A stretch of DNA of 64,000 nt from Octopus vulgaris (GCA_951406725.2 OX597815.1:104532001-104596000); one strand, 5' to 3'. Shown: positions 43,478 through 57,690, counted from the stretch's first letter. Notes: generated by a model not told the origin, from the sequence alone. Numbers and translations: made by a program.

Positions 43478-45567
43478 TCACACACACATATATATATATA
43501 TATATGTTCACACACACAAATGTGTGTGAGAGTTTGTGTACATATATATGTATGTGTATATGTGTGTGTTTGTTTGTGTGTGTCTTACACACGTGCATAT
43601 TATCTATACGAGTGAGAATAAAAGAAAAAGAGAGGGAATGAGAAACATGATAAATAGATAGTCATAGATTGAGAGATATATTTTCCAGTGTGATTGAGTG
43701 TAGGCCATTTGATCCTAAATAAAAAGCAAAGGAAATAAATGAATAAAGCAATAAATAAAAGATGTAACCTTATTTTGACAGCAACGTGCCTGAAACTTTA
43801 GTCAACCTGCATATAGTTACATGAAAGAAATTTTGATTCAAGTTGATTTATAAAATAATCATGCAAACATGCGTGCTAGATAAATCATGCACAAATAAGT
43901 GAGAAGTATGCGAAATACTCCCAAAGTGAGTTTCATGCAATAATACTGCCTTTATTTCATTGTGTATATATATATACAAATAGATATGTATGTATTTGCA
44001 TGTGTATTTGTATGTATGCATGATAGTATGTGTATGTGTGCATTTTCTTTTGCATAGAATACTTGAATTAGAACAAAAGTTTTACAAATTAAAATGTATT
44101 ACCATAATATCAGCCTGTGACAATAAGGACACAGTTTTGTGTAAACTACAACTATTTCTATTTGTTAAAAATTGTTGATGCGTATCAAAATGAAAGCAAA
44201 CAATTTTATGGAAAAATAATACTAGTGAGATTTTCTTTTCTCTCTGTCTGGATAAAGAGTAAATTATCCCTGCTCTAAATTGGAATGTCACTCAATTTCA
44301 GATAAAGTCACACATATTCATTAAAAAAACAATATGAAAGAAATAATGTGGAATTAGAATTAAAAGATAAAGCTTTCTTTATCTTTCTCTGATATTTCAC
44401 CATTATTATTAACATAAAAGACATTTTGTTCATAAATTAACATCTAGAAATTAATGTAAATGATATTAGACAGTATAGAATGAATTTGAGACAGTGATTC
44501 AAATTTTATCAAAGACTTTGTTGCTCTTTGTCTGTTTCAAATTGATGCTCATAATGTTTAATTCCATATATATTATATCTAATATAATTTATTAAAATCT
44601 TTGCTATTAGTTTCTAATTTTTTTCACATTTATAGAATTAATTCTTGTCATAAGCATTGATCCATTGTAATAGAATCTGCTATGATAGGCTTCAGTAGAA
44701 TAGTTTATTTTTGCTAGTGCTGAGTAGCGTATGACTTATTTTTGAGATAAGCAGCATACTCTAAATAGCAGGAAATAAATTATGGAACTTAATTTGAAAA
44801 AGAGTGAATATTTGGCACTATGTAGTGTAATCAATAACACTGTCATTTGGTAAGCAATATATACAAGGGTCAATTTCCATCAGTTTGAATCTGATCAATG
44901 CTTATAATGTCTAAAATGACAGAAATATTTTACATTATTGTAAATATTTCTCTGTAGTTCTTTGTATCATTGTAAATTATCTTTTCAGGAACCAGTCTTA
45001 TGATAACAGGGAAATAAACAACAGTGAAATTTTCTGGGTATCTGCTGACAAGTTGTCTTCTTCTTTAGTAAATGTATTCTAATAATGTAAATTTGATACA
45101 TCTAAAAACATCTTTATGGTAGGTATTGAATTAAATATGAGATCTTTTAAAATAGTGAGGGAACAATATTAAAGGAAAGAACAACCTACTTAAATAGATA
45201 TTTTAGCAAATGTATGTGTACATCTCATAGAAAGTGTAACCACTAAACCATTCATAGGTACAGACTTGTCTGTGAGGTCTATTTGCTTCAGAACCACATG
45301 ATTTTGTCTTCATTTATATTATGCAGACATGATTGGCTCTTTCTTCAACTATAGGTGTGAGATTACAAATCCATTGCCAGTTAAATTTGTTAAAAGGAAA
45401 CTATAGGAGATCCTGTGCCTATACATACATACATACATACATACATACATACATACATACATACACACATACATACATACATACATACATACATACATAC
45501 ATACATACATACATACATACATACATACATACTGATATAGATAGCTAGAGGGTTATGAATGTATATA

Positions 45568-45617
<50 letters not shown>

Positions 45618-46101
45618 ATAAGGACGAATGAATGTGTGCCTTTGTCCCTTTGTCCTGGCATGAACATGCTAATTGTAAACAAGACACACTAACACACAAA
45701 TGGTGCTATTTGTTTCCAATTTGCTGCTGAAAGATGTCCAGCCGTTGGCTTGTTTGTTACTTAAGAGAACAAAGAGGAAATACTATCTTACTTGGAAACG
45801 GGTGATGGTTGGCAATACAGAAAGGGCATGTGACTTTAGCAAAATCTGCCAACAAAATTTTATCTAACCATGCAAGCATGGGAATTATAGTTATATATAT
45901 ATATATATATATATATGTAATGCTCAAAATGAGGAATAGATAGACAGCCAACAACTGATGAAGGGTCATTCTTTGTGTTACTTGTCCTGTTCTCCATTTT
46001 TCTCTTGTTTGCATTTTTAACTCATTTATTTTTATATTATATGTTGTTTACTGTTGGTGATGTCCTGTACCCATATATGCATATATACATACATACATAC
46101 A

Positions 46102-46137
<36 letters not shown>

Positions 46138-46160
46138 TATATACATTTACTGTTTTATAT

Positions 46161-46239
<79 letters not shown>

Positions 46240-47534
46240 CATATATATATATATGACCACTAGGTTAGTGTGCAGACTAGTCCAGATTGTTAAAATCCCA
46301 TATCTAATTCAGGGTAAAAATAGCTAGCGAGACAAAAGTTAGCTATATGAAATGTATACTTTGAGCAGCTAATAAAGAAATAAAACATGGACAAGCACTT
46401 ACATACACCATTAAATCATTTATAAAAGATGTTACATAAATTTAAACATGCACATATTTGGCAAAACAAATATAGTCAAACATAATCCTTGATAACTTTT
46501 AAAGCTGTTTTAAAAATTTCTCTTTATATTCATTTTCATCTTTTACATATACCAACTGAGCCTAATTAGAATTATGACATATCATATGATACTTTAAGGT
46601 GTTTAAAATTTTATTTATAATTATATAATGATAAATTTTTACAGGTGTTCTCTATACATTTCCTAATATACTAGATATTCTCCTTTATATTATTTTGTTA
46701 CATTCTTGTTTTCTTATTCCTCAACTTTTAATCCTTTACAATTTTCTTTTGCCTTCTGTGTTGTTACATGTTTGAATGCTTATATTGTATTAAGATCAAC
46801 AAGGAGTCATTTTGCCACTTGCACAGCAGGCAATGCCTTTCTTGAATTCGCTTTCATCTTTCTTTTTACTTTGTATCTTATAATGGATTCTTTTTGATCT
46901 TCCTTTCTTTAGTCTGATTTCCTCAAACTTTGATATGTATATAATCTGATGATAACCAACAATGTGGTCCTTTTTCCAATACTCTACATTTTTCATTCTC
47001 TTCTTTCTTTTGTACATACTTATCTCTTGCCTACTCCCTCAGTTTTACTTCTATGTTGTTGCTCTTGATCTCACAGCCTTCCTTCCACATTACCACTGCT
47101 AATCCCTCTCTTTCTACTATTTTTAATAACGTTTTTATGTTTTTAAATACCAATCTGCTTCTACAGAATTTGTATTTGGTGAGAAAATTTGCCAGTTCAA
47201 CATTTCCAGCTTGAACATCTTAGCAGATCATGTTCATGTTCTAATAACAATTTCTACTTATTTGATATGTATTATTTCATAAATATATACACCTGTTTGT
47301 GTAATGCACATTACTGCATGAAGCAGCCACTGAATTTTTGAAACAGCTGTAAAGATATCTCAAGGACTATATTCCTTGTCAAGTATGTGTATGTGTATGT
47401 TTATGTAACATCTTTTACCGTATATCAGTGCTTCTCTATCTTTTGTTTCTTCAAACACACACACACATATTTAGTTCTACTCACAAGCAATCAAACCCAG
47501 CTGGAACTGGATGATAGCAAAGTTAAACACATGC

Positions 47535-47587
<53 letters not shown>

Positions 47588-47707
47588 AAGAGTAAATAAT
47601 TTCTATAAAGGCTTTTAAAAAAACCCCAATTATTTACTGGTAGAATTCGGTATGTAAATATAGCCGATTACCGGCAGGAACTTCTGTAAAGTTCAGTATA
47701 TATATTG

Positions 47708-48114
47708 TATATAAGAAAAAGGGACAGGCAAAACAGGTTGCTTGACCGCATACCGAAAAAATAGAAATAGCAGTCAAGAATGCTTATTTCTATCAAAGTT
47801 GGACTCCGGGCATGACAGACCCTGTAATTCACATATGCAAAACAGAAGGAATAGATAACGAATACGAAGTCTGGCGGTTATCTGTGAACATCATGTTTCT
47901 GGATTATAAACATATTGAATATATATTCCATATATTTTTGATATATTTTTGATATATTTTTGATATATATTTCATATATATTGAATATATATTCCATATA
48001 TTTTTGATATATTTTTGATATATATTTTGATATATATTTTAACTTTGATAGAAATAAGCATTCTTGACTGCTATTTTTTCGGTATGCGGTCAAGCAACCT
48101 GTTTTGCCTTTCTT

Positions 48115-48120
<6 letters not shown>
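47708..48120. repeat. Element with ~70-bp inverted ends and an internal tandem duplication, between (TA)n tracts
   Basis: 47726-47800 matches the complement of 48041-48109 apart from a 7-bp indel; attgaatatatattccatatatttttg block duplicated. Confidence 0.85.
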
Positions 48121-48148
<28 letters not shown>

Positions 48149-49374
48149 ATGGATGGATGGATAGTATGTATGCATGTATGTTTGTGACTGTGTGTGAGTC
48201 GTGGGAATTAATAGTTGTGTGCCATGACCAATGGCTTCATCCTGGGCTGAGGTTCCATCAATTATCCTAGTCCTGGATGAAACCAACAGTTTTTCTTACA
48301 ATGGTTGACTTTGCAATTTTCATAACAAATCTTTAATCTACAAACGTAACAATATTCATTTTATTAACATAATAGTACCTAGTACCTGCTAATTACACTG
48401 ATATATATATCATTTATGTATGCATGAATGTATGTCTTTATATTTGACTGAATGTGTATGTATGTGTGCGAGTGTGTGTATGTGTGAATGTGTATGTATG
48501 TGCATGTGTGTATTTAAAAGTTAATAATCAAATCAAATCGCAAACCTGAAACTCTCCAACAAAAAAGAAAATAACAAAAAGAGTTGAAAAACAAAGAAAT
48601 TCAGTAACTTTACTTACTGCTGTATCCAGTTTGTACTCGCAAATGAAATATTTATACAAAAAAAATGTCAGGCAAAAAAATTCAAGAAGCAAGGTGACCA
48701 TTCTCTGAATTTCAAATATTTCACATCCCAGCATTCCGTTAAATTCGGATGCTTTTAGAAGTGGTAAATGTAATGTGTAGAATTATAGGAAACTTAAGGA
48801 AAAGAAAAATATTTAAAAAAAATAAGACGAAAAAAGCCAGAAATTTAATAGTAAATGCTTTTACTTATCACTTACTTTATAATCACCAGTAATTGTAATA
48901 ATTTGGGTGTTGAGTATAATGAAGTGCTAATTATAGGACAGTAAGAAATTTAGGTTCAATTTTGGTTATATGTATTTAATAAGTATATAATACAGGAGGG
49001 TTTCAGATTATTATTAATTTTTAGCTATATATTTATTTATTTTGCTGGGACTGGATAAGTCTTAAAATAGCTTAAGACAGAAAATCCTTAGCCAATAGTG
49101 TTATGTCTATTAAAAAAAAAAATATATTTTATCTTTTTTTAAAATCCTTGAAAAATATTAAAAGCCATGTTGTGAAAATAAAATTTTATAGGTTGATTAT
49201 TTAGTGGAACTTAATGTCATAAAGTAATTGTATATCAGAATTTTACAGAAAATTCAAAATTTGAATGAATATGGGAAAATTAAAACTACCATATTTTAAA
49301 CTTAACTATACACATGCATGCACATACATACACACATGGAAACATATGAATGCAAATTGAAAGATTTATCTTTC

Positions 49375-49630
49375 TCTCTTTTATTTGTTTCAGTCATTTG
49401 ACCACAGCCATGCTGGGGCACCGACTTGAAGAACTTTTAGTCAAATGAACTGAGCCCAGTACTTGCTTTGTTTTTAAGCCTGATACTTATTATACCCGTT
49501 GCTAAGTTATGGGGACATTAACAAGACCAACACTAGTTGGTGGGGCGGTAGTGGTGGACAAACAGACACAGTCATGTGCACACATGCACACAGAACACAC
49601 ACACTCATGTATATATATATGTGTGTGTAC

Positions 49631-49661
<31 letters not shown>

Positions 49662-49740
49662 TATATATATGATGGGCTTCTCTCAGTTACCATGTGATTA
49701 GGGAACAAGCTTCTTACCACACAGCCACACTTGCACCTAT
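49375..49740 (-). mobile_element. SINE family B copy (deleted)
   Basis: tttcagtcatttgaccacagccatgctgggg...caagcttcttaccacacagccac. Confidence 0.7.
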
Positions 49741-49790
49741 TCATATATACATGCATAAATAACACATACATACATACACACACATATATA

Positions 49791-51822
49791 CAGTGATACC
49801 TTGCAGTACGAGTTTAATTTGTTTCTTGACTGAGCTTGTTTTATGATTTACACATTTTACAAATCAATTTTACCCATGGAAATTAATTAAAATATAATTA
49901 ATCCATTCCAGCCCCACAAAACCACCCCAAAATCATTTTTTATGGGTTTTAAAATGGAAAGGGTACAGTTACAAGGAAATTGACAATTATAAAAGCATGA
50001 TAAAAGAGAATGCAAAAAAAAATAAGTAAACTGGTTTTATTTATTGTATTACCTTAAAGATGGGATGATTTGTGTGTGAGGAAGATGGGGTGTTGAGGAG
50101 GAGAATTACTGTTTGGAAGGAGAATCTCCTTTCATTAAGACTTCAGGAAGAATGATTTCTGGCACTTTCTTTCTCACTTCACTTAATTCAGGCTTTTGGA
50201 CGCTTTCTTTACTTTTCACACTTGCTGGTCATTCCATCAGAAATATATCAAGAGAAGTCTGCTTCTTTCTGCCTTTCAAAATGTTACAAAAGCACACTAG
50301 GGCAGTGTCATTAGGTAAAGCAGTTGTACGACCTGTAGATACTTTTTCAGGATGATTTTTTTTCTACAAATTTAGAAACATACTACCACTTTGCCAACAC
50401 AGTCTTTGTGTCACTCGTAGAGAAAACCTTTTTGCTAGACTGTCCTCCTCTGGGGCACTAATCTTTTACACCACATCTAAGTGCTGCTGCTCCTAAAGCT
50501 GAAGGAGTTCATCTGTCATCAGCTCCCTTGAGTGTTCCTCAATGAGATCGTTAATGTCCCCATCATCAACCTCGAGGCCTATGAACTTGCCAAGAAACAC
50601 TCTCTCTCCTCAACTACAGGTGTCTCAGACTCAAACCTCTCAAAGTTTTTTTTGGATACACAGTCAGGCCATAGTTTCCTCCAAGCAGAATTCAGCATTC
50701 TCCTCATTACAAGAGGAGCCATATCAATGATTTACAGACAGTAAACAATGTTGTAGTTCTCCTTCAAAAACTCACAAAGGGTTAGATTTGTATTTTTGGT
50801 GACTTCATGGCACTGATGAAATAGATGTTTGGTGTACAATTTCTTAAAACTAGAAACCACCTTGGTCCACAGGCTTGAAGGTAGGGTGATGTTGCATGAA
50901 AGGTACAGAATCTTTATGAATTCAAATTCGTCCAGGATATCATCTTCGAGGTTAGGAGAGTGAGCAGGAGCATTGTCGAGGATGAAGAGGGCCTTAAGAG
51001 AAAGATCGTACTTTATCACTGCAGGTCTGAGAACAAGATCGACCCACTCAGTGAAGAATTGCCTGGTGACCCAAGCTTTAACATTTGTCTTCCACATGAC
51101 CTACAGCTTCTTGAAATTATCAAACCAGCTGTGACTGGCCTTGAATGCATCTGCTGCTGTCTCCTCTGCTGATGTCTCAGGGTTCTGTTTAAGGAGATCC
51201 CGAATACAGTGCTTGTACTTTTTTGCAGATGATGGTCTCTGTCATCATATCCCCTGAGTTGCTCCTCATTGATCTACAGGAGAAGCAATTTTTCCATCTC
51301 TTCATGGACTGATGTGTGTTTTTGGAGAGCCTGGAGATAACCTTTGGGTGTTGTAATGACCTTGATCTTGCCCTTTTTTTTTCAGGATGGTGCAGATCAT
51401 CAATACTTTGGCCATATTGACATTATATGTCCACTATACACACTCCTCTTCCATGTTCATCAATGATTTCTTTCTTCAATTCTATTGTAATTAGATTCTC
51501 CTTCTCACTAACCATTTTAGGACCCGTGGCTAATACAACTAATTATTATGAAACATTAACAAAAGCCCACAAAATTAAAAAGAAAAAACACTGGTGAAAA
51601 CAAAATAGGGATGTTGCCACAATGAGATAAACACGTGAACTGAGCAAGTGGAGGCTGCACTTGTTGGGAGAACATGTACCAGCTCAGGGACAACTAGTGG
51701 TTGCTTGTATGAAACTTGTTCGTACTTCAGGTTTCTGCTCATATTTCAAGATAAAAATTCATACTAACCTCAGCTCATACAGTAAATTGCTCGTACTATG
51801 ATGAACTCATACTGCAAGGTTC

Positions 51823-51826
<4 letters not shown>
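49791..51826 (-). mobile_element. pogo/Tigger-type DNA transposon, degenerate, both TIRs present
   Basis: TIRs TA|cagtgataccttgcagtacgag and ctcatactgcaaggttctgtg. DDE_1-type motifs WKTNVKAWVTRQFFTEW and LKALFILDNAPAH; N-terminal ITIELKKEII HTH-like remnant. Confidence 0.9.
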
Positions 51827-51874
<48 letters not shown>

Positions 51875-51880
51875 TACATG

Positions 51881-51965
<85 letters not shown>

Positions 51966-51967
51966 AT

Positions 51968-52193
51968 ATTCTTTTATTCTTTCACTTGTTTCACTCATTT
52001 GACTGCAGCCATGCTGGAGCACCGCCTTTAGTTAAGCAAATCGACCCCAGGACTTATTCTTTGTAAACCTAGTACTTATTCTATCAGTATCTTTTGCTGA
52101 ACCGCTAAATTACAGGGATGTAATTGCATCAGCATCAGTTGTCAAGCGATGTTGGGGTGCCAAGCACAGACACAAACACATACACACAGATAC

Positions 52194-52275
<82 letters not shown>

Positions 52276-52433
52276 CGACATCTTTCTTTCAGTTTTGGTC
52301 AACCAAATCCACTCACAAGGCTTTGGTTGGCCTGAGGTTATAGTAGAAGACACTTGCCCACGATGCCATGCAGTGGGACTGAACACCGAACCATCTGGTT
52401 GGTAAGCAAGCTACTTACCACACAGCCACTCCA
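51968..52433 (-). mobile_element. tRNA-headed SINE family B, best-preserved copy, with internal (TA)n
   Basis: Head ggagtggctgtgtggtaagtagcttgcttaccaacc...gttcagtccc, internal microsatellite, tail gaaacaagtgaaagaataaaagaata. Confidence 0.85.
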
Positions 52434-52467
52434 TACATATATATATGTATGTATGCCTATATATATA

Positions 52468-52528
<61 letters not shown>

Positions 52529-52713
52529 TTGTGTGTGTGTGAAATATTGAGGGTTTAGTTCACAGGTGATCTAAACAATTAGATATACTAGGTAAGTGCT
52601 GTAATGGATTACTAGAGCTCCAAGGTTATACCCAAGATGGTAGTTATGGAGCCATTGCAGATTTCCGATATAGCAGATATATAATTGTTAAAGAGGACAA
52701 GAAACGTTAAGGC

Positions 52714-52789
52714 AAGGCAACACATCTCAAGTCATATACATTATTATTACTGGGAAAAAATAATGTATATGACTTGAGATGTTTGCCTT
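52714..52789. repeat. ~31-bp-stem hairpin abutting (TA)n
   Basis: aaggcaa(c)acatctcaagtcatatacattatt pairs with aataatgtatatgacttgagatgtttgcctt. Confidence 0.9.
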
Positions 52790-52904
52790 ATATATATAAT
52801 ATATATATATATATACATACATAGATATATGTATATATGTAAGTATGCATGTATATATATGTATGTATGCATAAATATATATGTATATATGCATTATGTA
52901 TATA

Positions 52905-52970
<66 letters not shown>

Positions 52971-54644
52971 TCATGAAGAGATTTACAGAAATAGAAATTT
53001 AAATGGAAATATAATTATATAAGGATGTTTACTAAAAACTTAATTACATCCATACACACACAATATTAAAAATATATGATTTATACACACTCACACTCAC
53101 ACATATGTTTGTATGGAATTTATTTTAAGTCCTTTCCTTTGCTGAATTCAAATGAATCACTATCAAAGCAGAAAGGCTCTTTTGTTCAAGTCAAGACAGT
53201 TCTTAAAGTTTGTGGTTATGTGCTTAATTGAGGTATGCACATATAAGTGTGTTGAAAAACTTCCATCACACAAGTGTGCATATTTCATTACTTTATGGGT
53301 GTATGTATATTCCATATATATATGTGGTTATGAGGATATGCTTACCCAGGTACCTCAAATGAGGAGCTCCTAAAATGTATTATAAACTTTTACTTTTCCT
53401 TTGATCAGTTGAACTCAGACAATGTGAATCATGCTCTGTTCACTGGGGAACAGAACATCTATGAAAAGCCGATGAGAACTTTATATTTCTTATACCCAGG
53501 CTACAGATTCTCATTTGTTCTTATCATCATAGGGGCATAGGGCTACATAAAAATTGATTTGCATATAAACCTCTGAAAAGACCTCTCAGAAAGCTACACA
53601 TTCTACAACATCCTGCAGTATTCATTACCAGAAAGACTGACATTTCATATTACTGTCATAGAAGATATGCACTTTTAATGTATTTCAAACCACTACCCTC
53701 CCTCACCACTGTTTGTCCCAATACACCACCCACTCGGGCTATACTATGCTTGTTGTCTGTACAGAAATCATTGCCACTATTCTTGCGTTTCAATGATTCA
53801 GCAGACGCTCCTCCTACATTCTCATCGAGCATCACATATTGATCACCAAATGGCAGTCATTTGTTGTTACTAAGATATCACTACACCTACGTGACCATAG
53901 ATTACCAGATGTTGATCACTCTCTGTAACATAGAAGTCACTTCTTACCACCCAATGCCACCAGCAGTAACATTGCTGATGTATTAATACCACATTTCATT
54001 GACAAAACAACATGCTGAATTATCACTACAACAACATGACCTAACTTACAAATGGGAGTTAAGTTGTCCTTGTAAGAAAGAATCCAACTTGCTTTTTCTC
54101 CCATTTGTCACCAAATGTTTGAGGGGCTGATCATATTCTTTTTATGTCTTTTTTATGTCCAGGAAACTTTAAGTAACATGAGAAGCTAAATCAATCTTTA
54201 CTCAGGCTTATAAGTTAACCTATTTTGTAGGCTATCATTGCTCTCTGTGGGCTCTCCTTCATTCTAGATGGTGCAGATAATTTTTAAGCAGGGCCTGAAA
54301 TTGTGAGACCATAAAATCAAAAACAGACACATAATAAGTTAACTCTTATTGCTTTATAAACACTAGTACATTCATATTTATAAAACAATAGGAATTATCT
54401 AGTGTGTCTATGGTTGTTTTATAAATACTAATATATTTATATGGGGGCACATGGCTTAGTGATTAGGGTGTTGCACTCATGATTGTAAGTATACATATAT
54501 GCCACTAAATCTGGGAAACTGGCCTTCTGAACCTATGACTTGGGAAGACTGTCGATCCTTTTTTGAATATATTAATAAAAAAACTACTATCGTGTGTGTG
54601 TATGTGTGTGTGTGTGTGTGCACGTGTGTATGTGTGTGTGTATG

Positions 54645-54812
54645 TTGGCACAGACATGATTGTGTGTTTAAGAAGCTTGCTTCTCAGCCATGTGGCTTTG
54701 TGTTCAATCCAGTGACTGGCATTTTAGGTAAATATCTTCTATAGCCCCAAACCACCCAAGTCATATAAGTGGATGTAGAAGACAGAAACTGAAAGAAGCC
54801 CATCTTATAGAC
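54645..54812 (+). mobile_element. SINE family B head, degenerate
   Basis: tgtgtgtttaagaagcttgcttctcagccatgtggc...gttcaatcc...gaaactgaaagaagccc. Confidence 0.65.
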
Positions 54813-54829
54813 ACACATATGTGTATTTC

Positions 54830-54860
<31 letters not shown>

Positions 54861-55079
54861 TGTGTGTGTGTGAGAGTGTGTGTGCATGCGCGCGCGTTTG
54901 TATGTACTTTTTCTAAATATCGAGTGATGGTTGGCTATGAGGAAACAGATAAGTGTTGAAAATAGGGTGGACAGCTGCCCGTAGGGAATGTTTCAATGAA
55001 TTCTGTCTCACCCATGCAAGCATGGAAATGGGGATATTAAGATGATGAAGATGATGATGGTTATTATATGTTCTACCTA

Positions 55080-57280
55080 ACATAGGTTAGTGGCTAGTGA
55101 CTTCAGACTGGAAGGACTTAGAGACACAAGCCAGTCTGGGAAAGAAAGATATGAAAGGTTAAAGAAGATCTACTGAACAGACAAAGATTTAGAGAAACTG
55201 TAATTGAAGCATTTGATGAGAATGAATAGGAGACAGAAACATAACAGAGAGAAAAACTGAAAATTCTTTTTAGATGACTTACTGAAGGCTACAAACCAAA
55301 TCTGTGACTGATGCAAATTCCAGCCAGTCCAAGGGTGACACGGTAGTAGATCAGTGAAGTAGATAGAGCCATAAAAGCAAAGAGATACACTTGAAAAGAT
55401 TGGAAGATTGGAGGTAGCCAGAAGGGAAGCTAGTTTATAAGAATATACAGCAAAGGAAGAAGCAAAAAGAGGAAGTGGTTTATCAATGTTCTGCAGTGGA
55501 GGACCAAAGGCATAAGGTGTTCTGGATAGCGAGTAAGGGTATCAGTGAAAATTGAGACATTGTGGGAGAGAAATGTGTATAGATGGTTAATGATACACTT
55601 GCACTTAGTGTTTCTGAAAAGAAAGAGGCATGGAAGTGCTACTATGAAAGGCTACTAAATGTGGAGAGAGCATGGGAGAAAGACAGTCTTCTAAATGTTG
55701 ACATAGCAGAGGAACCAATCATTGAAGTTGATAGCAGTATGATAGATATAGCAATTAAGGATATAAAGACAGAAAATCTTTGGCTCATCAGAAATTATTA
55801 TTGAGTTGTTTAAAATATTTAAAATATAGCCTAGTCACTTGTACAGTTAATCAACTAGCACAGTAAGGTATAATCTCCAATGATTGGTACAGCAGCATTA
55901 TAGCCAACTGTTACAAGAGTAATGGAGATGCTTTAGAGAGAAATAATTACAGAGGTATCAAATTGCTGGACCAAGTCTTGAAAGCTGCAGAAAAAGCTAT
56001 AGTTTAACTAATTAGTAAAAGAGTTAGACTAGATGAGATATGATTTGATTATGTGCCATGGGGAAGTACTACTTCTTAGTAAAGTAACTGCAAGAAAAGC
56101 ATTCAGACAAAAGTAAACTGCTGTATATAACTTTTGTTGACCTAGAGAAAGCCTTCAACAGATTTCTTCACATTCTGATTTGATGGTTGCAGCAGAAGCT
56201 AAGAGTAGTTGAATGGCTGGTGTGAGCTATATACAGAGATACTCTCAATAATGTGAGAGTTAATGAGATATAGTGATAAATTTAGTGAACAGGTAGGAGT
56301 TCACAATGGCTCCTATTTATCATGGTCCTCCAGGCCATATGAAAGGAGTTTAAGACCAGTTGCCTTGTGAACCCCTCTATGCTGATGAGCTTGTTCTTAT
56401 AGCTGTATTTGTAGTAGATTTAGAAAAGAAATTCCAGGTGTGGTGGCAAAACCTGAAATCAAAGGGCATAGGGTTTACTTAGAAAAGACCAAAGTCATAG
56501 TAAGACAGTATGTTAATTCCTTCAGCAAAATGGTCCTGTTCAGTAGGTAGGAAAATTGTAGGTAGTAATTCCATACAGTATATCCAGTGCATACTGTGAA
56601 CACATAAGAAGTACAATGGATTTACTGGATTAGTGGAGAAATAGAATTTCTCAAAATGCCCAGTGGGGTACTTAGAGGTAGTTTATAGTTTCTGTTACAC
56701 AGGTAACCTAATTTGAATTGGAGGAGAATGTTCTGAAAGTATATTGTTGCTACAACTGAAACCAGCTGGGAAAAGTTCAGAGAGTTATTACCTTTGTTTG
56801 TAATAAAAGTCCTCTCTATGAAGTGAAAAGCAGATTGTATGATACTTGCATATGAACAGCAGTGCTACATATTAGGGAAACATAGGCCATGAATGTAGAG
56901 GACATGTGAAGACTAGAAAGAAATAAAGCTAAGGAAAATGTTCTGCTGGATGTGCAATGTCATTTTGCATTTATAACTAAGTGAAAATATAGTAAGATAA
57001 AAAAAAAACAGCATGTGATGCATCAGGTATGGTGTATATGATAGAAAACTGCCCTGGTATGGTCATGAGATGTGCATGGATAAGGACTGCTGCATAAAGA
57101 AATGCCGATCATTAAATGTGACTGGAATATGTAGAAGCAGTATACCGAGGAAGATATGGGACAAAATAATGAAGACCAACCTCAGGTTGTTAAGCCCCAC
57201 AGAGAAAATGACAAAGAACTGAGATGAATAGTGATTCACTGTGCTAGGGAAGATCTATCCATTTCAGAAAAAACAAGGTC
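55080..57280 (+). mobile_element. RTE-clade LINE, degenerate RT and 3' end
   Basis: KKEAWKCYYERLLNVE, NNYRGIKLLDQVLK, YITFVDLEKAFNR, LYADELVL, LEVVYSFCYTG, WEKFRELLPL, PWYGHE; many stops and frameshifts. Confidence 0.9.
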
Positions 57281-57647
57281 CTAATAGTATATGATTAATG
57301 TCTTTGCCATTGCATCCAATCTTTATCTGTCAAGCCTCCTTAAGCAACTTATTTTCTTAATATCCAACCCACTTTTACCCTTTAACTATGGCACTATTTC
57401 CTTAGCTTTTTCTGTTGTATGAGAGCAGAGGTGTACATATTCCCCACTCACCATTTTTGTGCTACCAGTAATAGTTGGAACTATTTTCTTTGCCACCTAT
57501 CTTGCACTCTCTTTCCTGGTCTCTTTTCAGTAATTTGAGAGAACATAATATTTCTATTTTTGAAAACCAGTGGATGTTTTCTGCTGAAATTAGGTAAATA
57601 ATCCTTCGAACAGACGGTCAGTAATGACGCCTGCTGGGTGTGGCTAC

Positions 57648-57690
57648 TCTGCATTGATAAAGGGCAAATACCCTGAAACATGTCTGCAGA
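57648..57690 (+). ncRNA. Minimal type-I hammerhead ribozyme, U3-A8 core variant, Penelope-associated type
   Basis: TCTGCA (stem I) TTGATAA (core) AGGG-caaata-CCCT (stem II) GAAA CATGTC (palindromic ACATGT stem III, GUC cleavage triplet) TGCAGA (stem I'). Stems I and II pair perfectly. Confidence 0.8.

Noticed and set aside
45950-45995. ctgatgaaggg hammerhead-like core
   Set aside because: No closing stem II or GAAA follows.
46300-47200. Possible decayed GIY-YIG/LINE fragment and 73-aa ORF
   Set aside because: Motifs are too degenerate to assign.
48618-48704. Possible exon ending at a perfect minus-strand gtaagt donor
   Set aside because: The nearest acceptor is a weak gag, the longer version has a stop in the required phase, and there is no HCN similarity.
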